Assembly: GCA_951406725.2 (NCBI GenBank) | Contig: OX597822.1 | Span: forward strand, 6,076,001-6,140,000 | Length of the DNA stretch: 64,000 nt | Direction: 5' to 3' | Source: Octopus vulgaris | Lineage: Eukaryota | Shown: positions 41,151-54,430 of the stretch, piece after piece | How the letters are laid out: the number at the start of each line of letters is the position of its first letter | Numbering within the stretch: the stretch's first letter is position 1 | Made by a program: the position numbers and the translations under genes | Notes under the pieces: model-generated | Told to the model about the DNA's origin: nothing | The model's database searches: none | What the model saw: only the letters and a program-made list of their open reading frames with translations

Positions 41151-42327
41151 TATATGTACATTTATATAAATAGTAGTTAAGGAAGAAAACAATTGACGGT
41201 AAACGCTATTTTCCCACTGAATAAAGAGAAAAACTGACGTGGGAGGACATGTAAACAAAAAGCAGACAGCCAGTGGAGAAAAGTCACCAGGGAATCATGA
41301 ATAAAAAAGAGAAGAAGAAAAGAAAATGGGTGAGATCACGACAGAGATGACGAGACAAATCCTGGATCCTTGACAACTGGTAACACGAAACGGAACATCG
41401 AACAAACAACGGCGTACCGAGAATTTTATCCAACGGTGGATCGATATAAGCTGTCATCAACAACCAGTACATGCGTGAATACATAAATATATATACTCCA
41501 TACATATATACACAATACTTGCATGCCTCTCCCTCCCCCCTCTCTCTCTCTCTATATATATATATACGTGTACGCACACATACATACCTACATACGTACA
41601 TACATATATATATGTACTGTTTCTAACATACGCACATTGAGAGAAGTGTTTTTGTTGGAAATGACTTACTTCGCAGTTAGGTTTATCGAACCCCGTGAAG
41701 GGTGAATGGTGGAATTGAACTAGGCGTGATTTGATCCTAGAGACATAAAAAAAAAATCTGCTAATCCATCGTGCAGAAGGATGTCAGATAAAGGGGATAC
41801 AAAGATGGAGTATTGTATAGAGTGTTGAGATGGGTGGGGTTAAACAGGAAACGAATGAGCGTAGAAATACAATCTTCCTGATACACAAGGATCTCCAGTA
41901 GAAGACATTGGAGGAAGCTCACAAATATCCTACATCGCCCTGAACACCATGAGAAAATGTTAGTCTTCGACTCAGAGATGCATTCCCAGAGCAGATCCAT
42001 TTAATATTATCATTTTCGCTGCTGTCACCCACCTTTTAATAAACAAATAGGAGCACAACTCTCTCCAACCCCTCCTTTTCCGAGTGGAATTTCAAAAGGT
42101 CCATGTGAGCAGCTTTACCGAAGTACATTCAGTCTTTTCAACCTCATCCAACACGACACAACCACTAGGAATGGACGAACTGACAAATCTTCGAGTTAAA
42201 AAAAAAAACGGAGGATAGCTGGTGAATTTTCAATATGCATATATAGACTTGGTTGTTACCTGCATCTATCTTGTTTGTAACAACAGCTATGAAGAAACGC
42301 TTCTGTCACACACACAGACACACACAG

Positions 42328-42360
<33 letters not shown>

Positions 42361-42929
42361 TACACATACACACACACACACTCACACATATATATGTCTC
42401 TGATGTTTCCTAGTCCTTCAATCCCGCTGCCCCCTACTTGTCTCTCCTCCTTCCACATGACCGGTGTCCGGCCAGCCATGATCTTTCTTTCTTGGCCTGA
42501 CTGCCGGCCGCCAACACCTCTTATGACCATTTCATATGTTCTTGCCTTTAGGCCTTCACTTCATACACGCCAGCTCAATTTGATTCGTTCTCAGTCGAAA
42601 GACACCTGTTGTTATTTATATTCGTGACTGTGTACCATCTTCTCCGTTTTTTTTGTGTCTTTGTTGCCGTATACATTCGCTAACTTTCTTACAAAGAGGT
42701 CTAATGCTCTTAGCTTGGACGTTTTTGGGGAAACCAGATCGAACAATCTCAAGTATAACTGCCCGAAATGGTCGTGACTTCTGGTACTTGACTGAAGAAA
42801 GAAAGCCACGAATGACCCGTCTTTTTTTGCCTGTCCTTCTAATTGTTGTTTCTCTTGTCCGCCTTCGTATCATCTATCTATCCAATGTTTTATTGTCCTT
42901 TATTGCGTTTTTGTTCCATTTATATATAT

Positions 42930-43400
42930 ACCGGAGTAAGCACATAAATGCGAAACAAGTTCGAAAAAAATAGTACTCGAATACCAGAGGTAGAGTAATA
43001 TGTTTTATTGAAAAGCAGTAAAAATATTACAAAAACTGTTACTCAGAGTTTCACGTTCCCGTTCGTCGGACAGTTGTGTGGATGTCAGTATCTGAATATA
43101 TACTGATAGAAGTATATGTATGTGTAGGGTTGGATATGCATATGTGTATGAGAGAATATACACTTGTGGAAAATGTTTATTCCCTTGAGATATAACAGTT
43201 AATAATGAAAAGTTGATAGCCGTAAACTGAAAAATACGATCTGTCAAAAAGGTGACAAGAAGGCTTGTGTGTGCCCACACACGCGCATGCACACACAATC
43301 ACTTGAACACATGCAGACTCTAAACAAAACTGTCCGACGAACGCAAATTGGAAACTCTGAGTAACAGTTTTTGTGATATTTTTGCTGCTTTTCAATAAAG
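42930..43400. mobile_element. Inverted Penelope-type pseudo-LTR pair with CCGACGA hammerhead motifs
   Basis: 43004-43075 is approximately the reverse complement of 43328-43399. Motif ACTGT-CCGACGA-ACGGGAACGT-GAAACTCTGAGTA-ACAGT (43035-43074 -; 43329-43368 +, stem II decayed). Confidence 0.7.
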
Positions 43401-43464
<64 letters not shown>

Positions 43465-43937
43465 TACACACATATGTATATATGCTTGTGTGTAGTTGTG
43501 TAGTATGTGTATATATATATATGTATATGAAAATATATCTATCTGGGTATATACACACATATACAAAACGAAACCTCGTTATAGAATGAAATAAGAATGC
43601 AAAAAAAATTATTCTTTCTTATTAATGTATTTGAAACATATAAGGGATATCTTTAGGGGCCCCCTGGCAGACTGTTTTACGATTTCGTGACCATTTATAT
43701 GAGAAACCATATAAAGAAGTTGTAAATGAGTTCCCTCTGGTGACGGATAGATAATTGTTTATTTGTGTTCCTAACGGTTCTTTATTAATTAAAGGCTATC
43801 TATTTTCATGTAGAACACAGCGTAAGAATATATTAAATACTAACGTATCCAAATATTAATGAAATAAATTTGAAAACACATCCCTTCTATGCTATTAATG
43901 TATAAATATATTTTTTATTCTGATTTACGATGTGTTA

Positions 43938-44008
<71 letters not shown>

Positions 44009-44029
44009 ATATATATATATATCTATCTA

Positions 44030-44078
<49 letters not shown>

Positions 44079-44083
44079 ATTTA

Positions 44084-44137
<54 letters not shown>

Positions 44138-44419
44138 AAATACATCAAGTACAGGACATCACCAGTGAGTGAAAAATACGCGCACACACGAGCGATAAGT
44201 ACATGACAAATTACCAAAAAAACCTACGGGACCAGGACATCACCAACGAGTGAAAAATACGTAAACGTATAATGAGAGAGAAGTACGGGACGAAATACCA
44301 CAAGAAGTCTAACCTCTCCTCAGCTCTTGATTGTTAATTACTCTCTATTTCGAGCTTTCAAAGAATATGTATATAAATAGATATATAAAGAGATAGATAT
44401 ATAAATGGATAGATAGAGT

Positions 44420-44509
<90 letters not shown>

Positions 44510-45223
44510 ATATGCAGGCTTGTCAGAGTTCATTCATCCCAAATCTCGACCACATGAAGGACTTGTCCTTATTACTGCAAGTCTGCCTCATTTTTCTTTG
44601 AACTTTCGTCTCTGTATCTAAAATTTTTGGGACATTCGTGGATTTTTGGGCATATCTGTGTGTTTGTGCGTATGCGATTGCATGTGCGTGCGCATGTGTT
44701 TTTGACTGCATTGTTGCGGTTGTATGGAAGTCGAAAGTATTGTTCATTGGTATTTTTATGGCTAGTGTCTTTCTGAGATGTTTGTGTGTATACATGTGAC
44801 TGTGTGTGCATGCGCATATGTGGGTGCACACGAGCCTTCTTGTCACCCTTTTGACAGATCCTATTTTTCAGTTTACGGCTGTCAACTTTTCATTATCATC
44901 TCTTATATCTCAAGGGAATAAACAATTTTCCACAAATATATATATTCTCTCACACACACATACATATATATTCAGCCCTACACATATACTTGTATCAGTA
45001 TATATTCATATACGGACATCCACATATTCATACATATGATACTCCAAATCTACACATGCATACGTACACACACATACACACACACACACACACACACGCA
45101 CACATGCACATACATTTATGTATGTATGTCACTGTTCAGTCTTATTTCGTATGTATGAATGTATGTACATATTCAAAATCATGCACATGTGTCCATATAC
45201 AATCACACGCATACACACACACA

Positions 45224-45285
<62 letters not shown>

Positions 45286-45368
45286 CAAATTGAGATATGC
45301 GTTGTAAAAGCAACCCTCCATGGTAGTTGATATTTGATTTAGATGTATTTCTCCATTTTCTTATTTTG

Positions 45369-45434
<66 letters not shown>

Positions 45435-45746
45435 TCATATATACACATACATACTCATATAAGCATACACGTATATGTGTCAAACTACGCAATTAGAGGA
45501 GGCACAGCATATTCATCCAGTGTCAGAGAGTGGTAGTATTTGTTATATTACTTTTTATGTTTACAACTATGTAATCTACATGCCTTGTAATCATATGCAA
45601 TCCTTCACAACAAAGGGACGGGTAAAATGTTGATAGAAAACAAATGGTGAACCACATCGACCACCAGACCCGATTGTCAACGAATCGGGTTTATATTTGA
45701 ATAAATATAGATACTATCACGCACCCACACACACTTGAATGTACAC

Positions 45747-45782
<36 letters not shown>

Positions 45783-45789
45783 TCGGATA

Positions 45790-46840
45790 CACACTTGTTA
45801 CTATTTAGTGATGGCGATAGGGAAGTTATGTCCTGGGATTGGTGGTGGCAGTGGTGGGTTTATTGGAATATCTTTTGTTTTTTCTGTTATATGTATGGTT
45901 CCTTGGATTTGTAGTGAGATTGCATCTTCTGGGTGTGTGGATACGATTTCTACATTTATATTATTCCTTATGCCGCCATCTTATCCTTTGCATGGTGCTG
46001 GAGCATCAATGCATACTTTTGGCAGTGCTCCATCAGGCTTTCAGCCAGGCTACGGGAGGTTTCACCTGATAGGCTGGGTTTGAGTTCTAATACTTGCAGT
46101 AGGCCGCATTTCTAGTTTTACTGCTAAAGGCGGCCAGCTGGCAGAAACGTTAGCACGCCGGGCGAAATGCTTAGCGGTATTTCGTCTGCGTTACGTTGTG
46201 AGTTCAAATTCCGCCGAGGTCGACTTTGCCTTTCATCCTTTCGGGGTCGATAAATTAAGTACCAGTTACGCACTGGGGTCGATGTAATCGACTTAATACC
46301 TATGTCTGTCCTTGTTTGTTCCCTCTATGTTTAGCCCCTTGTGGGTAATAAAGAAATAGGTATTTCGTCTGCGTTACGTTGTGAGTTCAAATTCCGCCGA
46401 GGTCGACTTTGCCTTTCATCCTTTCGGGGTCGATAAATTAAGTACCAGTTACGCACTGGTGTCGATGTAATCGACTTAATACCTATGTCTGTCCTTGTTT
46501 GTCCCCTCTGTGTTTAGCCCCTTGTGGGTAATAAAGAAATAGTTTTACTGCTTAACTAAGGCTTCATATTACATAATATACAATTACTGTTATTACATAT
46601 GTTCCTATCGGAAGGGTATGTCCTTGTGTTCGATCTAACGTATTTACTTGATCTTTCAAGCAGTTTAATCCTAAGTTTAAAGTTTAATCCACCTGTATTG
46701 GCAGCGTCAGTTAATATTGATCTTCGGAACTGATCACCATTGTGTTACGAATCTGTCTCTACTACATTCTTTCTGGACTATTCCATGATTTCGTTCGATA
46801 GTCCCTACCAGTTCCTTGTACATGTTTCCTCACGTTTCAA
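45790..46840 (-). pseudogene. Penelope-like element 3' ORF remnant (Cys linker plus GIY-YIG), split by a SINE
   Basis: Reverse complement RIKLLERSSK..YP..ICNNSNCIIC, then SGETSRSLAESLMEH. Confidence 0.7.
46126..46539 (+). mobile_element. Young two-unit SINE family A insertion with a 13-bp TSD
   Basis: TAGTTTTACTGCT at 46113-46125 and 46540-46552. Two nearly identical ~183-bp body units follow a single head. Confidence 0.92.
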
Positions 46841-47357
46841 AAAATGACACCTATTTGCGTATACACGTGAGTATGTAATGTATGTATATATTTAATGTAT
46901 GTATGTATGTATGTATCTATCTATGTATCTGTCTATCTACATTTATACACACATTCGCGTGCGCATACACGTATATTACTATGCATATATATATATATAT
47001 CCGTGCACAAAGACTTAAGGACATGTTTGAGTCTGTTTAGACGTACGCACGTATATGTAATTACAGCGCCATGTATGTCTAGGCAAATGTATGTACATAC
47101 ATATATATATGTTTGTGTGTGTGTGTGTGTACGTGTGTAATGCATATGTGTCTATTGCATGTGTATATAGATACATGTATATGAGTGTTTGAAAGGACAT
47201 ACATTAGCGTGATAGTAAGTAGATTTGTGGATAAATCGTTTCTTCCCTTGAGAGATAAGAGATAAGAATGAAACGTAGACAACCGCAAACTGAAAAATAC
47301 GATCTGTAACAAAAAGTGACAAGAAACTCGTTCGTGCGAATGGACATACACGTACAT

Positions 47358-47422
<65 letters not shown>

Positions 47423-47672
47423 CATATCCCCCGAAAGATTGCACAGAAAGACACTAACAATAAAATGACAAGGAAACACGCCAAGCTTGCGACCACTGAC
47501 GAAAGCCCAGCCATACACTTCCTCAGACCTGGTGCTGTTAGACGAGGTTGTAAATGGCATCAAAATAACTGTGACAAACCAGGTGATTGGTTAATAGAAC
47601 GAATGATTAATGAAGGAACCGAACTAGTTGAATAACTATTATTATTATTATTATTATCATTATTATTATTTA

Positions 47673-47753
<81 letters not shown>

Positions 47754-47980
47754 ATCGCTCAGCCCGCTATTTGTGCAACTTTTCTTCCCAAGAGTCGTCA
47801 CATTCTCGGTATTTTACCGGATCAAGAGTGGGAATGCTGAGAAAATGTATATTTTGGTTCGCGACTACAAGATCGCATGAGGCGATTAGCAGTGGTACGT
47901 TACCTTATACTCACTTGACAAAATGCGCAGACTACAGCAAACACGTGATCACAAGGAGAAGAATTTGAAAACTTGCGAAA

Positions 47981-48420
47981 GACTTTGCCTTTCATCCTTT
48001 CGGGGTCGATTAAATAAGTACCTATTTCTTTATTACCCACAAGGGGCTAAACACAGAGGTAACAAACAAGGACAGACATAGGTATTAAGTCGATTACATC
48101 GACCCCATTTCGTAACTGAAAGGATGAATGGCAAAGTCGACTTCGGCGGAATTTGAACTCACAACGTAACGCAGACGAAATACCGCTAAGCACTTCGCCC
48201 GGCACGCTAACGCTTCTGCCAGCTCGCCGCCTTTAATAAGTACCAGTTACACAATGGGGTCGATATAATCGACTTAATCCGTTTGTCTGTCCATGTTTGT
48301 CCTCTTTGTGTTTAGCCCCTTGTGGGTAGTAAAGAAATTGGTATTTCGTCTGCCGCTACGTTCTGAGTTCAATCTTCGCCGAGGTCGACTTTGCCTTTCA
48401 TCTTTTCAGGGTCGACTAAA
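47981..48420. mobile_element. SINE A (-) nested antiparallel inside SINE A (+)
   Basis: Minus copy 48023-48234 is flanked by AATAAGTACC (48013-48022 and 48235-48244), and the host body resumes afterwards. Confidence 0.85.
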
Positions 48421-48829
48421 TGTGTTTTTTTAGCAGATTATCCTACCCCACCGATTGTAGGTCTGTCTGTGTGCATTTCTTGATCTGTATTAGTAGCATG
48501 ACTTGCTGGTGTTGTGCTTTTGGGCCCTAACCCTAAAGCTGTTGTGTGTCGTCTTTTCCGAGCTGTTTTCTCTTCTCTCATCTCAGTGGAACTTCCCCAC
48601 TTCCGATGGGCCTTTCGAATAACGTTTCGGTTAAGAATGTACAGAATGCGAAATCAGTTACAAAATTGGACTCAGGAAGACAGGAGGGTGAAACGCAAAA
48701 GGAGATGTCACGAAGCGAATATGGCGTGAAGATTCATGAAAACAAATAGAACTGCAAAAAACAGCCAGAGGAACGCAAAGCACCTGACACTACTGAGCGG
48801 CCTAGTTTAGGGTGTATCAGCACCGCTTG

Positions 48830-49332
48830 TCAGTGATAGGAATACCAGGGCCAAGTGGTAAACCACACTCCACAGTCTCTCTGCTCACTTTGCTGAATGC
48901 ACAAGAAACGTAGAGGAATCTGAAAATATCGAGAGTTTTGGGAAGAAATCACAGCTGAAATTGCCATCAGCAACAGATCCGAGTTGGATCCGTTGGACAA
49001 GGACTTAAACATCGTCCTGGATAATATTCTGAAACGCAACGCTACCAGGAAGAACTGAAGAAAGCCATCAAGGCAGCTGAAACTAGTGGAAGATGGCTAT
49101 GGCTTATAAGAGCCAGCAAGGGAACCTTTCCTTAGGTGAGGGTTAGTTCAGTCATCGTTGCCCTACTCAGATGAAATGTACAGGCTAAAGGACGAAACGC
49201 TGGTGACACCGAGATACCTGTTGACGATACGAACGGGTTTCTGACATTGCAATAGATGTACAAAGCATGCAAAACCCGTGAGTATCTCCTGCACTTTCTG
49301 CGTGGGACAAAATATCTCTGATGTTATTTCAC
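48830..49332 (+). mobile_element. Internally deleted HERO/NeSL-like non-LTR element
   Basis: KLPSATDPSW..LDKDLNIVLDNILK (pre-RT region) joined at ~49035 to EELKKAIKAAETSGRWLWLIR (cf. terminal AAEKASRWLWL.R), followed by a 3' UTR. Confidence 0.65.
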
Positions 49333-50371
49333 TTATTATAAGTGTGATTCTTCCAGGATTCGCAGTGTTGCATTCCTGAGAAATTCATTTGGGAATCTTT
49401 TCTTAAATTTCGTTTCTGATAGAATCGATTCCAATGGAATCTCCAACAATGTGTTTATGCATCTGTGTGTGTGTGTGTGCATATTTGTGTCAGTGTGTGT
49501 GTCTGTATGTGTCTGGATGTCTGTTGCATGCATGTGTGTGTGCATACTTGTGTGTGGGTGTTTGTGAAAGCGTGTATAAATTGCAGGGCTCCTACTTACC
49601 GTGGTGACAGGACAATAATTTTTAATCAGCTAAATTGTAATAGAAATGACGAAGAATTTCATTAATGCTAATGAACGTTTATTCTCACAAGGGGTAAGGG
49701 ATTTGAAATTTTCAGTTGACTAAAAATAAAATTTGATTATACAAGCAAGGGTGATGGGGTAAGTAATTCTGATAGCCAGTAGCTATGGGGACAACTGCGA
49801 ACCTCCTTTGAGAAACGTGAAGAACAACGAAGCTACTTAATCACAGAGCGCTTAAGAGTGTATACTGGTTTTGTATGAAGGATATTAACTCATTAAGTGA
49901 TTTAAAATAATGACATTATCCTAAGGGCATTTAGCCATTTAGGTATATATATATATATATATATATATATGAGTGTGTGTATGTGTTTTTGTGTGTTTGT
50001 GTGTGTAATATGCATATGTACATATATATATATATATATATATAGGACTATCATAATTGTCCTGATAAACAACTCGATGCAATATTAACGTGAATTTGAG
50101 GCATTTTACAGTATCCAATCAACGAAAATGTATATATTGCTTGTAAGTTAATTTACAGATTTGTTTTCGATGCAATTTGGCTTCAATCTGTCGTTATCGC
50201 AATCTTTTAAGCCATGTCATGTAGTTTTGCTGAAACAGCTTCCATCGTACCGGCTCCTCGCAGACTTTATTGTTGGATGACAGTTAATGAACAGTTAATT
50301 GGAAATTCAAGCATTGTTTGTTCTAAAGATTATTACTGTTGTTATTATTATATTTATTATTATTATTGTTA

Positions 50372-50411
<40 letters not shown>

Positions 50412-50460
50412 CACTTTCTTCTTCTTCTTCTTCTTCTTCTTCTTCTTCTTTTTTCTTCTT

Positions 50461-50543
<83 letters not shown>

Positions 50544-50568
50544 CACTTTCTTTTTTCTTCTTCTTCTT

Positions 50569-50654
<86 letters not shown>

Positions 50655-50666
50655 CACTTTATTATT

Positions 50667-51060
50667 AAGGCAGCGAGCTGGCAGAATTGTTAGCACGTTG
50701 GGCGAAATGCTTAGCGGTATTTCGTCTGCCGCTACGTTCTGAGTTCAAATTCCGCCGAGGTCGACTTTGCCTTTCATTCTTTCGGGGTCGATAAATTAAG
50801 TACCAGTTACGCACTGGGGTCGATATAATCGACTTAATACCTATGTCTGTCCTTGTTTGTCCCCTCTGTGTTTAGCCCCTTGTGGGTAGTAAAGAAATGG
50901 GTATTTCGTCTGCAGCTACGTTCTGAGTTTAATTTCCGCCTAGTCGACTTCGCTTTTCACCCTTTCGGGGTCGATAAATTAAGTGCCAGTTACGCACTGG
51001 GGTCGATATAATTGACTTATCCCCTTCCTCAAAATGGCTGCCCTTGTCGCAACATTTTAA
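50667..51060 (+). mobile_element. SINE family A, two-unit copy
   Basis: Head, body, then restart at GGTATTTCGTC (~50900). Confidence 0.85.
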
Positions 51061-51129
51061 ACTGTGATTGTGTTGTTATTCTGAAAGACTATCGGATATT
51101 TCTTAATTACCGGTTATTTACTTGAAAGC

Positions 51130-51492
51130 AGGCAATAACAAATCACCAAAGATTTCAAGTAGTACCTTCTACTGTAACTCAAAGAGATGATACTCTCCTT
51201 AGAATACGAGATGTACCCAACAAGGCTGTCTTCTGGATCACCTCGAGCCTGACAGAAGCTCCAATATCCTTAATATGTTTTTCAAAGCCCTTGGAAACTG
51301 TTCCTAATGCTCCATTTACTACCAGTATCGCCATTACTTTCCCCATGCTCCATGACTGTCCTCATCCCGCAGCGACTGGTATTTCCCAATCTTTCACTCT
51401 CGAATCCCCTGGTATTGCAACTTCTATTATTTTTATTTCTTTTTCATCTTTATGGACGAGCACGATATCTGGTTGTCTCACCTTTATGACTT
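51130..51492 (-). pseudogene. R4/Dong-clade non-LTR restriction-like endonuclease C-terminus
   Basis: Reverse complement RQPDIVLVHKDEKEIKIIEVAIPGDSRV..VVNGALGTVSK..IQKTALLGTSRILRRV* (PD-(D/E)xK RLE). Confidence 0.85.
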
Positions 51493-51599
51493 GGAAAACA
51501 GAATCGACCACCGCTATCTGGGCGCTATGCATCGCATGATCAATTTTATCTCGGCTTCAGAAGCTGGAACGCCCCATTATAGAGTTCGGAGGTGTAATT

Positions 51600-52800
51600 A
51601 AACAGCATTTCAGTACCGTTTCGAATCGCATGCCGGATCCATCAGCAATGCCTTCTTTTGTCTTTTCTGTAATCTGATGCCATCGTTGTGGAGAATGCCA
51701 ACGGTGAAAGGCATGATGCCCGAACTGAGACTCAAGAGATCTATATCTACATACGTAAATTACGACGGAACATTGATATTGAACATCAGAAATCTAGGTG
51801 GTTTGCATCCTTTTGAAGTAGCGAGAGGTAATGACAACCTCTCTTAATCTCAGCCTCAACAAGTCGATAAACTTGAAGATCAGCGCATGGAGCACCAATC
51901 CATTCATGAAAGGGAATTCTTTCGCTGGTTAGGTGATTCGGCTAAGATGTTTGAGGTTTTTAGGTGGATAAAATCTGGGGAGATGTTGAGGCAGAGTGAT
52001 CAATCTCACTCAGAAATAGACAAATGGAAAAATCCTATCTGAAAGGTCGGGTGGCTATCATTTGCGGTTAAATCCCTTTGGTGGTGTATTGACATCTCAC
52101 AATCAATGCCTTGTTCCAGTCGCCCAGATTGGAATGTATGATCTTTTGTCTCTTGTAGGGTCATATTGGCTATGCGATTCCCCTGTCACCAGACAATCTG
52201 CTCCAGATGGATTCCATGATACGTACAGAAACATGTTGAAGTTGATACATGTGCAGAGACACTTGGAAGAAGGTGATCAAGTGCTGTAGTCAGTTGTCAG
52301 ATACATTTTTTCTCGCTTGCATCCCCTTTGACTGAGCTGCAGACAAAGAGTTGGTTAGTTATCACTAATTTTGTATTATACTAATTGATTAATTGGTAAT
52401 TAATACCAATCGTCGAGTAGTGAGTGTGGGCTGCAATTAATTCTGAGTGCCGATAAAGACAGTTTGGGCAAATTCTTCTGGGAAACTTACTCGTTGGTGT
52501 TGTAGACAACTTCAGAAAGTTCTTGGCCTGTCATTGCTATAGGGAAGCTTGACATGTTCGAGATGATCTCTGCTGGAATAGCTGTGTTGGAGCCTCCAGT
52601 TAGGGAAGGTGTGGAAATTGAACTCAGGTCGATGAAATTGGGCTGTACAGACTCGTTCAGTGTTCGTGCGTTGCTGATTCTGTGCTTGTATATATTGAAC
52701 AATTTGTTGTTGTGTGCGGAACGGATTCGGGTACCAAACGAGGCTACCGTAAAGATAAAGCCATTCCATCTGTCTGGAGGCTATGGCGAAAGACGAACCG
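51600..52800 (-). mobile_element. Possible highly degenerate Penelope-like element
   Basis: Weak RT-like fragments (HRISNARTLNESVQPN..SL, INFNMFLY) and a 3' hammerhead-like motif, reverse complement GCATTG-CTGATGG..GAAAC-G-GTA at 51604-51652. Confidence 0.35.
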
Positions 52801-53899
52801 TGGAAAAAATATCTGGCTTCCTAGGTGAGTACCTCATCAAATTTGTAATGTACCAAGTGAAATGAAAGGTTAAGGTCAAGTGGGGTGTGGTGCTCTCTAT
52901 TAAATTATTAAAGGTGGGTGAGAGTGGCGAAATGTGTCATGCTAAGTGACTGCTATGATTATGCAGTTGTAGGTTGGTGAATGAACTGTGGAAGGGTGCT
53001 TGCAGTTGGTGTGCCAGTAAAATCTGGGTTTCTGAGCGGGGAGTCCCGAATTATTCAATGTGTATAATCCCCATATTTTGAGGAACGGTTCTTATTTTAT
53101 TGTTATTTATTTATTAAATCGACAACAGTAGTATTTTATAATTGCTGTTAAAAGCAATAAGTTGGAAAATGTCGGACAGAGTGCTTAGCAGCACATCTCC
53201 GACAGCTATACGTTCTGAGTTCAGATATCCCTGAGGTCAATTTTACATTTCAACCTTTTGGGGTCGATAAAATAGAAATCAGTCACGTCTTGGGATCGAT
53301 ATAATCGATTAATAATTCCCTCTAAAATTGCTGGCCTTATGCCAAAATTTGCAACCATTATTATTGTTGCTCTCAACCATTAATTCAATTTAAATCTCTT
53401 CCAGTTTCTTGTTTATCATTTTCTGTTGCATTTCCCCTTTAAATTATTCCAAGTAGTTAAAACAGTTTGGTTGCGTGATGATGTTATGGCATTCCTCTGC
53501 GTACTCTTTTGATTAAAAAAAAATATTTCGAATAATTTTAATTGTTCTGCCAATGGACTTAAGTTAAATGTCACACGACTTTCTTTTCTATTCAAACCGA
53601 GCGGATAGCGATTTATTCTTTGAAGAATCTTTTATAAGGAGGTGAGTAGGTGTTAATCATGTTGCATGGAAATAACTATTTTCGGTGTAAATATTAAGCA
53701 ATCTTATAAATTACATGCTACAGAAGTACGAAACTTTCTGATAGCTTAATGATACACTGAACTCGTATCTCCCCAAACTCAGGCACTATACTATAGCGTT
53801 GATATCTCTCTTCTTATACAATCTTATATGCTTATGTAAGACGGTAATATTTCATTGAAATAACTCGTAGAGCATTCTATTAGATGCAGTCATTAATTT

Positions 53900-54430
53900 T
53901 AATGTTTTCTGTCTACCTTTGCTTTGGTTGAAACCAATACAAGTTTAACTATTAACTGGGCTGCTAGGGTATTGATGTTTATTTGGCTGTTCTCGAATTT
54001 AACTCTATTTTATGTATCTACCTAATGCAGCTACAATATTTCTTCTTAATCCTTCTTTCATTAATGTGTGGGGTACTCTGGTAATTCATTCATTCTCAAG
54101 TATTTGCAAATCTGTCTTTGGTCTGATTCCTTTAGATCTCATTCTTTATCTAGTATGTTATTAACGTTCTTAATTAATCTTCCTATCTTCAAAGTTATCT
54201 TAGCGTTGTTTCCTAATATCTGAAGCTTTTCCAATTCCCCTATAAATCTATGCAGTCTTCAACAAGGTTCCTAGAGCTTGAGGTCATATATATGCAAAGG
54301 ATGGCTGACTGTCTTCCCATATCATTTGTATCCCATTCCATTTTAGATTAACATTAAAGGAGTTGCCAACAGATAAAAGAGGGCGGTGAAAGAGCGTTCC
54401 TTTAGAATATTCCTCTTCTAAACCTTGGTG
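53900..54430 (-). pseudogene. R4/Dong-clade RT remnant
   Basis: Reverse complement RRGIF*RNALSP..HPLHIYDLKL (cf. RRGIFQGDSLSP..HLLYMDDLKL), KYL..HTLMKE..ELNS..INTLA. Confidence 0.7.

Noticed and set aside
44140-44305. ~75-bp tandem duplication or CRISPR-like pattern
   Set aside because: Only two diverged units with no unique spacers, in a eukaryotic context.
48524-48536. CCCTAACCCTAA telomeric repeat
   Set aside because: Only two units, which is at chance level.
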